Shown: in pieces, positions 9,467-20,068 of the stretch
How positions within the stretch are numbered: the first letter of the stretch is position 1
Layout: every line of letters starts with the position of its first letter
Virus record (IMG/VR): IMGVR_UViG_3300027779_000028
Span: 1,524-65,523 of that record
Strand: one strand, 5' to 3'
Length of the DNA stretch: 64,000 nt
Source of the DNA: a virus
Lineage: Duplodnaviria; Caudoviricetes
The notes under the pieces: model-generated
What the model was told of the DNA's origin: nothing
Seen by the model: only the letters and a program-made list of their open reading frames with translations
Database searches by the model: none
Translations under genes and position numbers: made by a program

Positions 9467-12400
9467 TTATGTGCAATCGCACTCTGTTATTGTAAAATTA
9501 ACTCCTGTTGTTGGTCCTGAAACAATAGTTATAGCTCCATCTGCACAAAGGGTAACACTGTTATTAGCTCCTAAAGTAATATTTGTCTTTACGCCCCCAC
9601 AAGTTGTATAATTTAAAACTACTTGAGAAGATGTAGTGTTATTTATTAACCACGATATACACTCCCCAACCCCGCATGCACAAACACAGCAGGCATCTGC
9701 TGCGCTTATAGTGCTGCTACATAAATCTGCTTCCGTAGCTGTTGAGTAGTTCCAAACAAGATAGAGGTAGTCATTATTATTTGTTGAGGGCATAGAAAAG
9801 CTAGCCGAAAAAGTAGGCGTAGTTCCCGTAGGGTTAAGCGTCGCTGCAGCAGCAAGTAAATTTGATATACCTGCTTCAGTATTTGGATATAAAGTAGAGC
9901 TCTTTAGCCATAAAAATTTATCTGTAGCTACGTTTAAATTGTAATCATCTGTCGATTGCTTATCCGAAATCATATATACCGTAGCTCCCTGAGCAGGGAT
10001 AACCCCCGCTCCTTGAGGCCCTGTTATCTCAGAATATTGAGATACCACACGAGCATATGTAGAGGTTAGAAATAGAATTTGATTCGAGTGGGTAGGAGAA
10101 GAAAATGACCCGTCTATCCAACGATATTGATTATGAATTAATTTACCTTCATCGGAATTGTTAGTTAGAGTAACTAAAACAATATTAATGGTATCTGCTA
10201 CAGGGCACCCTACTGAAAAGTTAACCAAAGCAGTATCATCTGCTGAAGGAACGGAGAATACAATATCCAACTGCTCGGCTGAAACAGAGTTTTTTACAAT
10301 CGTTACAGTACCTGCAGCGCTAAAAGGCCCATGAGTAGTCGTGGAACCGTTATAAGTAGCGGTAAAAGAAAAAGTGTCGCTTACAAGGGGAGCAGGCCAA
10401 GATATTATTACATCCCCTACCGTGCCTCCAAGGTTATAACACACACTTACGTCTTTACCCTGTATAGAATACATTTGAGTTACTCCACATTTTATACATG
10501 AAATCTTTTCAGGTATAGTAGTAAGATTATTCCCAAGAACATACTCATTCATATACGGGTCATACCCTCCAAGTTTTTGGGTAGTAAAGTTTGAGATAAA
10601 CATATCCCTAAACCAACTTCTCATACCTGCTTCTGAAACTACTGCAAGAGATTCCGCAGGTCCATTTCCTGTGAGTTGGATAACAGACCCTCTCTTGGCA
10701 TCTGTAAAGTATTTAGACGGCCCCCATTGAGCAAAACTCTCAGGGTTATTGCTAATTCCAAACTCTTCTACTCTAGCTATCTGTGTTCCTAAAATTTGAG
10801 GAACTGAAGCGACAACACCCCCTCCGGTAGAATCGGATATAAGATTCTTACTCGCAAGGACATACGATATCTTATCTTCTTGAAGGACAAGGATATTGGT
10901 ATCTTGAGCCACCATCTTTTCGATAGGACCAAAAGACTCTTCTAAAGGTTTAAAGTTAGCAAGACCAAGGTTAAATTCATTTAATCTATTTAAGTTAAAC
11001 TCATTATTAAAAACCCCGCTATATGTCATATCCGCATATCGGTCTGCTCTTTTAAAGTCTTGAGCAGCTACTGCAGTAACTCTATTCCCAAGAGCGAGAG
11101 GTCGTCCTGCCATAGAGTCACGAATCTTATAGCTTTCTACTCCGTTTCCGAAAGCAAAACAATTAAAGAAAGCGGTGTCAACTACTCCGGGAATATCACC
11201 TGCAATATCCTGATTAGTAATATTCCCGCTATGGTTTCCAAGAGCATCAATAGAATACGATTCAGATGACTCATACCACACATCAGGTAAAGCATCCATC
11301 GGTTCTGTCTCAAAGACGATAGTATTATTGGCTCTTATAACAGTTATCTTACTCTTTATACACGACTGCTTATCGTCATTAGACCCACATGCTGCCGTCC
11401 CTGTAATAGCTAAACGTATCTCATTAGTCCCACTATCCATAAACCATCTATAGTAATTTGTATAAAGGCTACCATTCAATCCATAATAATCCATAAAGGA
11501 AACAGGTGCAACTGTTAAAACAGGAGTTACATATAAATTTTCAATAGGTTCGGCACCGTCCGACGCTCCTACCTCTTGCTGTCCATCATCAAGAGTTTCC
11601 GCTACATTATCTCCCTCCCACCAATCAATTATATTAGCATATGTTTCGCTAGAAGTGTACGTTTTATCAAACTTATATATCCTTCTTTCACACGCCTCAT
11701 CTCCATCTCCGGTTCCTTGTCTAGAGAACTCAAATTTTAAATTTATAGAACTTCCTGAAGGGATATTATAAATAGGATAAATCCCACCACCATTAGGGGT
11801 AGATGTATTCACAGAAAAATAATTTGTAAATTCGGCATAACCAACCGTAACGCAATCCTTATTTTCCTTAGAAACCAAGACGGAATCATCTATTAAAGAG
11901 CTATTAAATTCAGAGTTCCTCATCTGCATATATACCCCTTGAGGAACGGGAATAGCTACGCCTGCAGAGTCTGTAGGTGTAATAAAATCCTTTTCTTGTG
12001 CTTTTTTCTCAAGTACGGTAGCGTAAGTGCAAGATTTTAAAGGTCCATTAATATCTTTTTTAACAATAAGCCTATCACCTTCCTCTATCTTGGCAGAGTT
12101 CTCTCCTTGAAGTAAGAAGTAATCAGTTGCCGTTACTGTATCATAGAAAAATATACTTGTATATACAGTGTTGTATGACGCTTCATCAGGTTTAATAACA
12201 AACTTATATCTCTTGGCAAAATCAGGAGCTACCTGCGTTATTGGTATAGTAACCTTAATTTGATTCTTATCAGAAGACGTACTACATCCAACATGAATGG
12301 TGTTGTTGCGGCTTACTAAGGCTGTAGTGGCACGATTGAACTCATCCATATACACCATACCTATTTCATATCCTCGGTTACTATGGAGGCTCTTAGGGCT

Positions 12401-14143
12401 TCCAAGAGCCGAGAAAGTGGTTCTAATAGCACTAACAGTATAGTACTCAATAATAGAAGCCCATCCCCCACCTGCCGGAATATCTACAAACTTCATGGCA
12501 GGAAACTGAAAGCTAATAACATTACTTCCGTTTGCATGAGTAGCTAGTACAGGTTCTCCTGCAGCGGTTATACCGCTTGCCTGCTTGTACATAGGTGTTG
12601 GGATTCCCCCCGATAAGCTATTAGGTATAGTACAATTAAAAAGGTCAGTTAAAGTAAATCCATCACATGAAGTAGGGTCAGTAGCGTGATATACAGGAAG
12701 GATATTTGATGCAAGACCTACCTTAGTTTGGAAGTCAACACTCTGATATAACTCAGTTACAGAATTATAATCCTGAGTAAGGGTATATAAAAAATCTAAC
12801 TGACTATCTGTAGTGACTTCAATAGGTGAGTTTGTGGGATTTCCATTTGCAAAGATAGAGTGATTAAAAGCAAGATTGAGATTTATAGTAGAACCTGATT
12901 TTAAAAATCCAACAGCTTCACTAAGGTCAAGGTTTAGTTGTGAATTAGTTATATTCTGAGGAGTTAGACCCCAAGTATATTGAGAACTTTGTCGGGTATA
13001 GGAAAGCTCTTTAAACCCAATCGGCTTACTAATAAGTTCTGTGCTATAGTTAAATTGAGTGGGCGAACTCCCTCTCTTTAAATCCCATCCATCTACATAG
13101 TTTCCGTACATGAGCCTATTGCCCATAACGGTCTGTGCTTTAGCTAAAAGAGGGACGTTGTCATACAGTCGAAGTATCTCAGAAGAAGGAAGTACAGTAA
13201 AAATTTTGCTGTTAGAAAATGAAAATGTTTCAAAAACATTACTCGGAATACCATCATTTGCTTTGTCTATCTTCTCTATAACTTTGATAATATCAGTAGA
13301 CATTTCCTTGAATAGAAGGTCTATACCAACTACTAAAGGCCCTCCGGTGCGAAAGGTTATCATACATGCGTTAGTGGAGTTTACCATCCCCTCATTTAAG
13401 TAAGACTCGTCGCTTAAATCATACTGCTCAGGGATAAAGGAAGGAGCGGAAAATTGTGATATAGCAGAGTACTCATTGTCCTCATATTTATATCTGTACG
13501 CAAAAGAGATAAGTCGGTCTTCTAAAAAGTTATCTTCTCCTTGGAGATTAAAAGGAGCGATAGTAGGCGCAGCAATAGGAGGTGCTTTTACAACAAGGAT
13601 ATCCTCAGCAGAAAAAACATCTATGTTCGATATAGGGTCAGCATAGTTTTTATTGACATTTATCCTCCTAGGTTGGTTTAAATCGTCAGTGAAAAATAAC
13701 AGGTTATCTATTAAATTAATCCCTGTAATAAGATATGTCTTAGAGAAATTAAGAGTAGTGTTAACACCTCCTCCATCGTCAATACTAATAACGTGATAGG
13801 TAAGTGTTAAAGTTGTGGTGTTATAAGAAACAATAAGGTCCAACTTCCCTGTAGCTCCTACAGTAAAACTTTCATCATGGACAAACCAATACATAGTCTC
13901 TTGCTCTCCATCAGCATAAGCGCCTATACATGTAGCGTCATCGCTTAAAACTGTCCCATCTATATACTCAAGAGTGGTAAGCCTGTCATTCCCCTTAGAG
14001 TTCTCTACAGACCCTATCTCAGAAGACTCAGTAGACCCAAGTCGGATATTTAAAGCATCAATATATTCTCCGTTAGGGATAAGTCTCTCATCCACGACTT
14101 TATTCATGCGACCCGCAATGAAATTTCTTACAGTACTTGCCAT
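9467..14143 (-). CDS. Tail nozzle/stabilization protein (P22 gp10-like, crAss muzzle-like), 1558 aa
   Basis: N-terminal RNFIAGRMNKVVDERLIPNGEYIDALNIR; LFFTDDLNQPRRIN; FAYRYKYEDNEYSAISQFS; EFGISNNPESFA...YFTDAKRGSV motifs. Confidence 0.75.
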   Translation of the reverse strand: MASTVRNFIAGRMNKVVDERLIPNGEYIDALNIRLGSTESSEIGSVENSKGNDRLTTLEYIDGTVLSDDATCIGAYADGEQETMYWFVHDESFTVGATGKLDLIVSYNTTTLTLTYHVISIDDGGGVNTTLNFSKTYLITGINLIDNLLFFTDDLNQPRRINVNKNYADPISNIDVFSAEDILVVKAPPIAAPTIAPFNLQGEDNFLEDRLISFAYRYKYEDNEYSAISQFSAPSFIPEQYDLSDESYLNEGMVNSTNACMITFRTGGPLVVGIDLLFKEMSTDIIKVIEKIDKANDGIPSNVFETFSFSNSKIFTVLPSSEILRLYDNVPLLAKAQTVMGNRLMYGNYVDGWDLKRGSSPTQFNYSTELISKPIGFKELSYTRQSSQYTWGLTPQNITNSQLNLDLSEAVGFLKSGSTINLNLAFNHSIFANGNPTNSPIEVTTDSQLDFLYTLTQDYNSVTELYQSVDFQTKVGLASNILPVYHATDPTSCDGFTLTDLFNCTIPNSLSGGIPTPMYKQASGITAAGEPVLATHANGSNVISFQFPAMKFVDIPAGGGWASIIEYYTVSAIRTTFSALGSPKSLHSNRGYEIGMVYMDEFNRATTALVSRNNTIHVGCSTSSDKNQIKVTIPITQVAPDFAKRYKFVIKPDEASYNTVYTSIFFYDTVTATDYFLLQGENSAKIEEGDRLIVKKDINGPLKSCTYATVLEKKAQEKDFITPTDSAGVAIPVPQGVYMQMRNSEFNSSLIDDSVLVSKENKDCVTVGYAEFTNYFSVNTSTPNGGGIYPIYNIPSGSSINLKFEFSRQGTGDGDEACERRIYKFDKTYTSSETYANIIDWWEGDNVAETLDDGQQEVGASDGAEPIENLYVTPVLTVAPVSFMDYYGLNGSLYTNYYRWFMDSGTNEIRLAITGTAACGSNDDKQSCIKSKITVIRANNTIVFETEPMDALPDVWYESSESYSIDALGNHSGNITNQDIAGDIPGVVDTAFFNCFAFGNGVESYKIRDSMAGRPLALGNRVTAVAAQDFKRADRYADMTYSGVFNNEFNLNRLNEFNLGLANFKPLEESFGPIEKMVAQDTNILVLQEDKISYVLASKNLISDSTGGGVVASVPQILGTQIARVEEFGISNNPESFAQWGPSKYFTDAKRGSVIQLTGNGPAESLAVVSEAGMRSWFRDMFISNFTTQKLGGYDPYMNEYVLGNNLTTIPEKISCIKCGVTQMYSIQGKDVSVCYNLGGTVGDVIISWPAPLVSDTFSFTATYNGSTTTHGPFSAAGTVTIVKNSVSAEQLDIVFSVPSADDTALVNFSVGCPVADTINIVLVTLTNNSDEGKLIHNQYRWIDGSFSSPTHSNQILFLTSTYARVVSQYSEITGPQGAGVIPAQGATVYMISDKQSTDDYNLNVATDKFLWLKSSTLYPNTEAGISNLLAAAATLNPTGTTPTFSASFSMPSTNNNDYLYLVWNYSTATEADLCSSTISAADACCVCACGVGECISWLINNTTSSQVVLNYTTCGGVKTNITLGANNSVTLCADGAITIVSGPTTGVNFTITECDCT

Positions 14144-14144
14144 A

Positions 14145-15068
14145 TTACTTTATCCATTTATTTTGTCCACGAAGATTCATTAACAAACGGCCCGGATGAA
14201 TATTACTTAGACGAATTTTAGCATTGCGAAGTAATGCCCCTTTTTCTTTTCGAGCTCGCGTTACAATATACTCCTGAACACCCAATTTTGAGTTAAGGAT
14301 AGAGTAACGAATATATGAATACACAAACTCTTCAAATAGCTTATTAACAGTTACACTAGCATCATTACCATTTTCCATACCATCAGATACATACTCAAGT
14401 ACTGCTAACTTATTATTCATTACAGAACTAAAATTAATTACACCACCTTTTTTATCTATTGAGAATGTTGGATTAACATTAGCAGTCTCCGGATTCAAAC
14501 CAAAACGAGCACCAATTTGATAATCAAAGTACCAATTTCCGTCATACTGCCATCCTTCAATTCCATTGTAAGGGTTATTAGCATTAAGATATATGCTTTT
14601 CTTAGTTCCTATAATACGCTGATATGACATATCTGAAAACTCAGGCTTTAAGACATTTCCATCTTGGTCAAATAAAATCTTTGCATCATTGTCTTGTATA
14701 TAGGCATTACTCCAATTTGTTTGGATATTCTCACTTAAGGGAAATAGTGTGCCGTTCTCATATAAAGAAATACGAACCCAATTAACGTAGTCCTGAGGGA
14801 GGATATATCTCAAAGAGTCTCCTACGGATAGCTCAAGGATTTTAACCTCTTTAAAGGCATCGTAATTGAGCTCCATGATAGCTCTCTTAGCATGGAAGAG
14901 AACTTTAAATCTATCTTCGTTATTTACAAGAGAATGATTTCCGCTATAAACCAACATAAAGTTGTTTACAATATCAGACAAGGATACAAATTGATATGAC
15001 CCCCAATTTTCATTAGTAGGATTAGCACCTTCATTCTCGTAATAATTATAATCTGTGATATACGGCAT
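14145..15068 (-). CDS. Tail ring/adaptor structural protein
   Basis: LPQDYVNWVRIS and LEYVSDG motifs of tail tubular proteins; between capsid and nozzle genes. Confidence 0.6.
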   Translation of the reverse strand: MPYITDYNYYENEGANPTNENWGSYQFVSLSDIVNNFMLVYSGNHSLVNNEDRFKVLFHAKRAIMELNYDAFKEVKILELSVGDSLRYILPQDYVNWVRISLYENGTLFPLSENIQTNWSNAYIQDNDAKILFDQDGNVLKPEFSDMSYQRIIGTKKSIYLNANNPYNGIEGWQYDGNWYFDYQIGARFGLNPETANVNPTFSIDKKGGVINFSSVMNNKLAVLEYVSDGMENGNDASVTVNKLFEEFVYSYIRYSILNSKLGVQEYIVTRARKEKGALLRNAKIRLSNIHPGRLLMNLRGQNKWIK

Positions 15069-15808
15069 TATGCTTGTTGTTGAAGGTTTTGAGTTTCTTC
15101 AGTCTGTGCATATGTATATACATCAGCCTCACGAATAGACATTCCACACATCTGTAGGATTAAATTTACTAACTGCGGCTCATCATCAATAGGAAGCTCA
15201 AAGTCTTGAAAGTCAGCTTGGTTGGGATTATACATAGGCTCTCCTCCTGTAACTACAGAGTATGTCCAATTGGGGTCAAAAGGATAGCGGATATATTGCG
15301 CTTCTACTTGATTAGCTGCATTAATAGTAGCAGGGAAAACAGTTAAAAGATTGCCTTCAATAGTATAAGCCGGGAAAGCTGTAGTAGGAGCTAGTAACAT
15401 AGAGTTATTTAGCATAGTAATTTTACTATGTGTAACAGCCTCGGCTTCTCCTGTAAATACCGAAGCAGCGGTAAAGCATAAGACTTTGTTTAAAAGATAA
15501 AAGTCATCTGAAGTAGTTGCTATAGAAGGAAGGTTATATACATTAGCTCCCGCAGTAACAATAGACAAGTCATTTGTAACAGAGAAGATGTCTATAGACT
15601 CTGAGATGCTCTTAGAGGCATCAGCATACTCAGTACCTGAGGTGCGTTTATTCTCTTTGTTTAAAGCGTTATTATAGTCTGAGAAATAGTTCTCAAAAAT
15701 TGTAAGCTGTGCTTGTTTAGCAAACAAGTTAAAGTCTGCCGGAGATATATACCCATAATTATTCTTATTGAGTATGGACAACACTGTGTTTCTAACGGAA
15801 TTTATCAT
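15068..15808 (-). CDS. Tail tubular/head-tail connector protein (start re-assigned to MINSVRN at 15808)
   Basis: NKNNYGYISPADFNLFAKQAQL and YIRYP motifs; the longer ORF extension would run through a terminator and promoter. Confidence 0.6.
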   Translation of the reverse strand: MINSVRNTVLSILNKNNYGYISPADFNLFAKQAQLTIFENYFSDYNNALNKENKRTSGTEYADASKSISESIDIFSVTNDLSIVTAGANVYNLPSIATTSDDFYLLNKVLCFTAASVFTGEAEAVTHSKITMLNNSMLLAPTTAFPAYTIEGNLLTVFPATINAANQVEAQYIRYPFDPNWTYSVVTGGEPMYNPNQADFQDFELPIDDEPQLVNLILQMCGMSIREADVYTYAQTEETQNLQQQA

Positions 15809-15823
15809 GAGTAAACCTTTCCT

Positions 15824-15831
15824 CAAAGATA
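15824..15831 (-). promoter_or_regulatory. Bacteroidota-type -7 element TATCTTTG
   Basis: TAnnTTTG 15 nt upstream of ATG 15808, directly after a terminator. Confidence 0.55.
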
Positions 15832-15834
15832 GAC

Positions 15835-15862
15835 AAAAAAAAAGAGCCACTAATAGCAGCTC
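15835..15862 (-). terminator. Rho-independent terminator
   Basis: GAGCTGCT-ATT-AGTGGCTC followed by T9 on the minus strand. Confidence 0.7.
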
Positions 15863-15892
15863 CTTTCTAATATGTATTGTCAATAAGTACTC

Positions 15893-16180
15893 TTAAAATG
15901 TAGTAACTGCAATATCAGTAACATCTTCACCATCAGGGATAACTACATCCCATATAGGTCGTGTCCAACTTGTTTGAGCAGCTTGTACACATGCAGCTTG
16001 GATAGCTGAAACCATAGCAAAGGTTGCTCCTGTTGTATCAATAGAGAAATAATAACTAGAGTCAGCAGAGCTATAAATCTTAACCTTACTTGCGGTTGCA
16101 AGTTCAACAAATAAACCTTGTCCTACAGGTATTAGTGCGCTTTTAGAAGCGGTGTATTTTATACGGATATATTTTATCAT
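15893..16180 (-). CDS. Small putative virion protein, paralog of 16177-16476
   Basis: Aligns with neighbour (KYIRI/KYLKF, PVGQGLF/PIGNGLY, TSW/TTW). Confidence 0.55.
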   Translation of the reverse strand: MIKYIRIKYTASKSALIPVGQGLFVELATASKVKIYSSADSSYYFSIDTTGATFAMVSAIQAACVQAAQTSWTRPIWDVVIPDGEDVTDIAVTTF

Positions 16181-16476
16181 GATGGAGATAAGGTTAATGC
16201 AATAGAAGCCACCACTGCACTTGCAGGAAGACTCACCTCTACTTCAGAGTTTTGCCAAGTAGTTGCAGAAGCGTTTTCTAAAGCTGCCATAATACTCACA
16301 GTTAATTCTGCTGTTGCAACAGTGCCACCTGACGTTACTAATTTGTAGTGATATATAAAAGAATCTGAATTATAGAGCCTTGTTTCTGTATCGCTCTTTT
16401 TTTCTGCATACAATCCATTCCCGATGGGAACGTTATGAACACCTGCAGTGGTGTTAAATTTAAGGTATTTTTGCAT
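16177..16476 (-). CDS. Small putative virion protein, paralog of 15893-16180
   Basis: See paralog; own TATATTTG element at 16506-16513. Confidence 0.55.
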   Translation of the reverse strand: MQKYLKFNTTAGVHNVPIGNGLYAEKKSDTETRLYNSDSFIYHYKLVTSGGTVATAELTVSIMAALENASATTWQNSEVEVSLPASAVVASIALTLSPS

Positions 16477-16518
16477 CTTTAAAAAATTAGATGATTAATA
16501 AAAACCAAATATACGCAT

Positions 16519-16545
16519 AAAAAAAGGGACGCAATTTGCATCCCT
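16519..16545 (-). terminator. Rho-independent terminator
   Basis: AGGGATGCA-AAT-TGCGTCCCT followed by a T-run on the minus strand. Confidence 0.65.
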
Positions 16546-16607
16546 CTTTAAACAGAATTGACCGAAACCATTGACTTTAAGTATTAAGCTACTATAAAGA
16601 TAAGACT

Positions 16608-17354
16608 TTATAGGTAAGTTTCCAACATTTTTAAAGCTTCAACTCCATCATCGGTAATAAAATATGACTCACATGCAGCCAAAGAATCTTCTCCGAAAGG
16701 AATAGTAAGCATTTTCTTTTTACTTGATGCGGTATTAAACCACACCTCAGACTTATTACGTCTATGAGTTAAAAGAGAGGTGCTAAAGAAATTTTGGATA
16801 TTAGACTGCAACTTTAGATGGGGGTCATTAACAATTTCTAAAAACCTCTGTGGGTCATTACGAGCTTTAATTAAAAGGTCTCTTCGTAACTCAGATGTAG
16901 TTAATGTAGACGGGTCTATACCATACATTACACGAGCTACATTTTCTGACTGCTCAATGCTTAATGCACGGCACTCAATTAAAGCGTCTACTTCATAGTT
17001 TAAGTTTTCCATCTCGACAGCAGCATCACGTTCAAGATTAATTTCCACAAATCTAGCTCCATTTAAGGGATGTAGATGAAGGAACTTCTGTAAAGCAGGG
17101 TTGTTTTTAGGTACTTGTAGCATGCCATCAATAAAAACAATAGGTTCCACTACTACGTGGCCATCTTGTTCGTCTACATAAATAGACTGTTGATTTGCAG
17201 CATAACGTATCTCTCGGTTTTCACCTTTGTCTTCATCAAATTGAAGCATAGGTTGTCTCTTATTCCCTCCGGGACTAATATAAGTAGAGAGGGGTGCCGC
17301 ACCATTCGCTAATTTGTATGTGCGGTCTTTTAGAACGAGTTTGTTCTTTTTCAT
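16608..17354 (-). CDS. Conserved phage protein downstream of major capsid (start re-assigned to MKKNKL)
   Basis: Long ORF; A/T-rich initiation region before 17354; the upstream extension overlaps a terminator. Confidence 0.55.
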   Translation of the reverse strand: MKKNKLVLKDRTYKLANGAAPLSTYISPGGNKRQPMLQFDEDKGENREIRYAANQQSIYVDEQDGHVVVEPIVFIDGMLQVPKNNPALQKFLHLHPLNGARFVEINLERDAAVEMENLNYEVDALIECRALSIEQSENVARVMYGIDPSTLTTSELRRDLLIKARNDPQRFLEIVNDPHLKLQSNIQNFFSTSLLTHRRNKSEVWFNTASSKKKMLTIPFGEDSLAACESYFITDDGVEALKMLETYL

Positions 17355-17375
17355 AAGGATTAAATTTAAATTAAG

Positions 17376-17412
17376 AAAAAAAATAAAAGGACGAGGGAAT
17401 ATTCCCTCGTCC
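17376..17412 (-). terminator. Rho-independent terminator after major capsid gene
   Basis: Perfect 24-bp palindrome GGACGAGGGAATATTCCCTCGTCC (17389-17412) followed by TTTTATTTTTTTT. Confidence 0.8.
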
Positions 17413-17428
17413 AATTACCATATATATA

Positions 17429-18883
17429 TTATTGCTCGAAAATAAAGAAGTTATTCGCTCCTAAAGTGCATACTGCACGCTCAGAAAGGAAGTGAACCTC
17501 CATAGCATCAAGGCCGCTTGTAGCAGCACCTCCGGCAGAACCTGTAATCCAAGTCTTGTAGCGACGGTCTTCAGTCTCAGATGCACGGTAACGTACATGT
17601 AAGAATGGACGCTTCGCGTTTCTTCCTAAGATTTGGTCATACACAGAAGTTGAACCTGCAGGGACTAAGAGACCGTCAACGGTTCCGCTTCCTGCTGCTC
17701 CATTCAATCCTCCACGCATAGTTGGGTCGTTGAGGTATTTCCAATCAGACTTGTAGAAGTCATATCCACGACGGAATCCTGTGAATCCGAGGTTTAATGC
17801 CATCTCCTTATCGTTATCGAATAGACCATATGAAGTACCACCCGCTCCGTAAGAGTTTTGTGCAGCTAACATATCGTCAATTTGGAATCCGAAGTTACGG
17901 TTAACAAAGACAACGTTCTCTTCAATAGCTCCTTGCTTGTCAAGTCTGCTTATGATAGAATCCCATCCTGCTAAATCTACCGGAGGGCCTCCTGTCCAAA
18001 CGTTTCCACGGTTGTTTACCACGTAGAATACACCATCAGAACCTTTGTTTCCATAGGTTGTTTCGGCTATAGCTCCTGAACCTACTTCTGCAGGTACAGC
18101 TTCAATCATTGCAGTCTCCAAGTAATCGTCGAAACGAAGACGAGTCTCATGCTCAGACTTTAGATACCATAGATATCCGTTAGCGCCATTCTCTGTACTT
18201 ACTTCAACCCATCCAATCTGTGCCATATCAGAACCTGATACTGCATACTTATCTTTAATGATAATAGGTGAGTTATTGAAGAAGATATCATCAGCCTCTA
18301 AAGAGCCTGACATTCCTTCAGAACCTTTTCTGAACTCAGAACCGTAGATGAAGATAGTGAACTCAGCTGCTGCATTTAAATTAGTCATACCTGCAGCATT
18401 GTAGAAGGCAACATCAATTGTAGTTGCTGTAGTTCCTGTTACAATAGCTTTAAGAGAAAGAGGAGAACTGTTAAATCCACCCGCTCCTGTTGACTGAATA
18501 AATACAGTCTGACCTTTACGGATAGCCTGTTCTGTAGGTGCTGTTCCACCTACAAGAGCGGGGTCAAAGTTAGTGCCCGGAATAGTAAATGTTGCTATAG
18601 GTTGTCCGGGAGCTGCCTGAATAATTGTAGTACACTTTTCATACTTGATGTGTAAACGTCCTTGTTCTGCCCACTCGATGCGGTCAGAGTTAGAAGGCAT
18701 CTCAGCTCCTACCATACGTAGGAAAGAAGCGAGTGTTCGATTACCATAACGCTCGAACTCTTTCTCGTATGTATCAGGAAGATACTGATTTAAGAAATCG
18801 AAGTTGGTAATATAATTGGTTGACGTCGGTACCTGTTGGGCACTCGGTTGCAACGCAAATGTTGGGTCGGCTTTTACTGCCAT
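17429..18883 (-). CDS. Major capsid protein
   Basis: 484 aa after scaffold and portal; QYLPDTYEKEFERYGNR, WAEQGRLH and final HFLSER...LGANNF motifs of Bacteroidota phage capsids; followed by a strong terminator. Confidence 0.8.
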   Translation of the reverse strand: MAVKADPTFALQPSAQQVPTSTNYITNFDFLNQYLPDTYEKEFERYGNRTLASFLRMVGAEMPSNSDRIEWAEQGRLHIKYEKCTTIIQAAPGQPIATFTIPGTNFDPALVGGTAPTEQAIRKGQTVFIQSTGAGGFNSSPLSLKAIVTGTTATTIDVAFYNAAGMTNLNAAAEFTIFIYGSEFRKGSEGMSGSLEADDIFFNNSPIIIKDKYAVSGSDMAQIGWVEVSTENGANGYLWYLKSEHETRLRFDDYLETAMIEAVPAEVGSGAIAETTYGNKGSDGVFYVVNNRGNVWTGGPPVDLAGWDSIISRLDKQGAIEENVVFVNRNFGFQIDDMLAAQNSYGAGGTSYGLFDNDKEMALNLGFTGFRRGYDFYKSDWKYLNDPTMRGGLNGAAGSGTVDGLLVPAGSTSVYDQILGRNAKRPFLHVRYRASETEDRRYKTWITGSAGGAATSGLDAMEVHFLSERAVCTLGANNFFIFEQ

Positions 18884-18906
18884 AATAGTTTTATTTTAAT
18901 AATTAA

Positions 18907-20019
18907 TTAAGTAGTACGTTGTGCACTTCTTATTTTTAAACCTCGTCCTGATTCAGGGTTTACAGAACGAACTTGCATGCCCCCCTTAGAAGTTGAATTT
19001 TGTGGAGTATTGCGTTCAGACATATTAATATTCTTTGTCTTACGCATAACTCCATCAACTGCTTCCGATTGACCCTGTTCATAAAAGAACTTGGCAAACT
19101 TTTCGGGGTTCATTGCTATCGCTAGTGACCTATGGTAACCCACGGCGTCCTTAATTAAGCCTTTTTCATCTAGATATTGGTTTATCCAATTCATAGGTGT
19201 TTCCTGTTGCTTTTTCAATTCTGTCCTGTCTCCGGGAGCAAATGTGTAGGGACGGTCATTTAATTTGAACTCAAAACCTTTAAATTCATCACCGAAAACT
19301 TCGTTTGTCTTTTCATTAAACCAAGCTAGTCTACGTACTTGCTCTTCCTGAGCGGTCTTCGCGTTAGCGGTATATTGCTTATACTCGGCATACTCTTCTG
19401 AGTTATCTAAAGAAGGCGACCCAATAGACTCAAGGGGAACGCTGTATTTTTCTTTAGCATCTTCAAAGAATCTCTTCGCTTTTGCAATAGTTTTCTTTTT
19501 TGCTAGTCGGATTTTTCTAATGTCACCCTCATCATCGAGGTCTTCATCAAAAGTATAATCCTCCATCATAGCGTTTATATCCTCTTCATCAAGTCCTTCT
19601 TCCGTTGCCGTTAGATACTCCTTGATAAGATTATCGGGATTCATAGTGTCGTAGTCTTTGTTTAATTGAACAAAGTCTTTTACACCACGGCCCGTTTCTT
19701 TTTTGTACTTAAAGAACGCTGACACCTCTTCGTCCATTTCTCCGGACTCTTCTCTCGCCTCTTTTAAATCGTCTAAAGAGTTGATTTCTCTTCCTAGTCT
19801 ATCGCTAATAATAGATAACAGTTCAGTCTCTTCCAATGGTGGTCTTTCTACCACAGGCACAACCTCTTCAGATGCAACCTCTTCAGGTGCGACTTCTTCA
19901 GGTGCGACTTCTTTAGGGGCATCGTTAAAACTCTCCTCATGCTTTTCAAGCAATGAAGATTCAACTTCGGCAGCAGATTTTTGCTCACCTTCTTCTACAA
20001 GACGTACTTTCATTTCCAT
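18907..20019 (-). CDS. Capsid scaffolding protein
   Basis: Very acidic, coiled-coil, EEVAP repeats, between portal and capsid; TAACTTTG promoter at 20036-20043. Confidence 0.7.
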   Translation of the reverse strand: MEMKVRLVEEGEQKSAAEVESSLLEKHEESFNDAPKEVAPEEVAPEEVASEEVVPVVERPPLEETELLSIISDRLGREINSLDDLKEAREESGEMDEEVSAFFKYKKETGRGVKDFVQLNKDYDTMNPDNLIKEYLTATEEGLDEEDINAMMEDYTFDEDLDDEGDIRKIRLAKKKTIAKAKRFFEDAKEKYSVPLESIGSPSLDNSEEYAEYKQYTANAKTAQEEQVRRLAWFNEKTNEVFGDEFKGFEFKLNDRPYTFAPGDRTELKKQQETPMNWINQYLDEKGLIKDAVGYHRSLAIAMNPEKFAKFFYEQGQSEAVDGVMRKTKNINMSERNTPQNSTSKGGMQVRSVNPESGRGLKIRSAQRTT

Positions 20020-20068
20020 ATGATTAGATTTTTATCAAAGTTACATTAAAAATGTTAGAAAATTAGAC

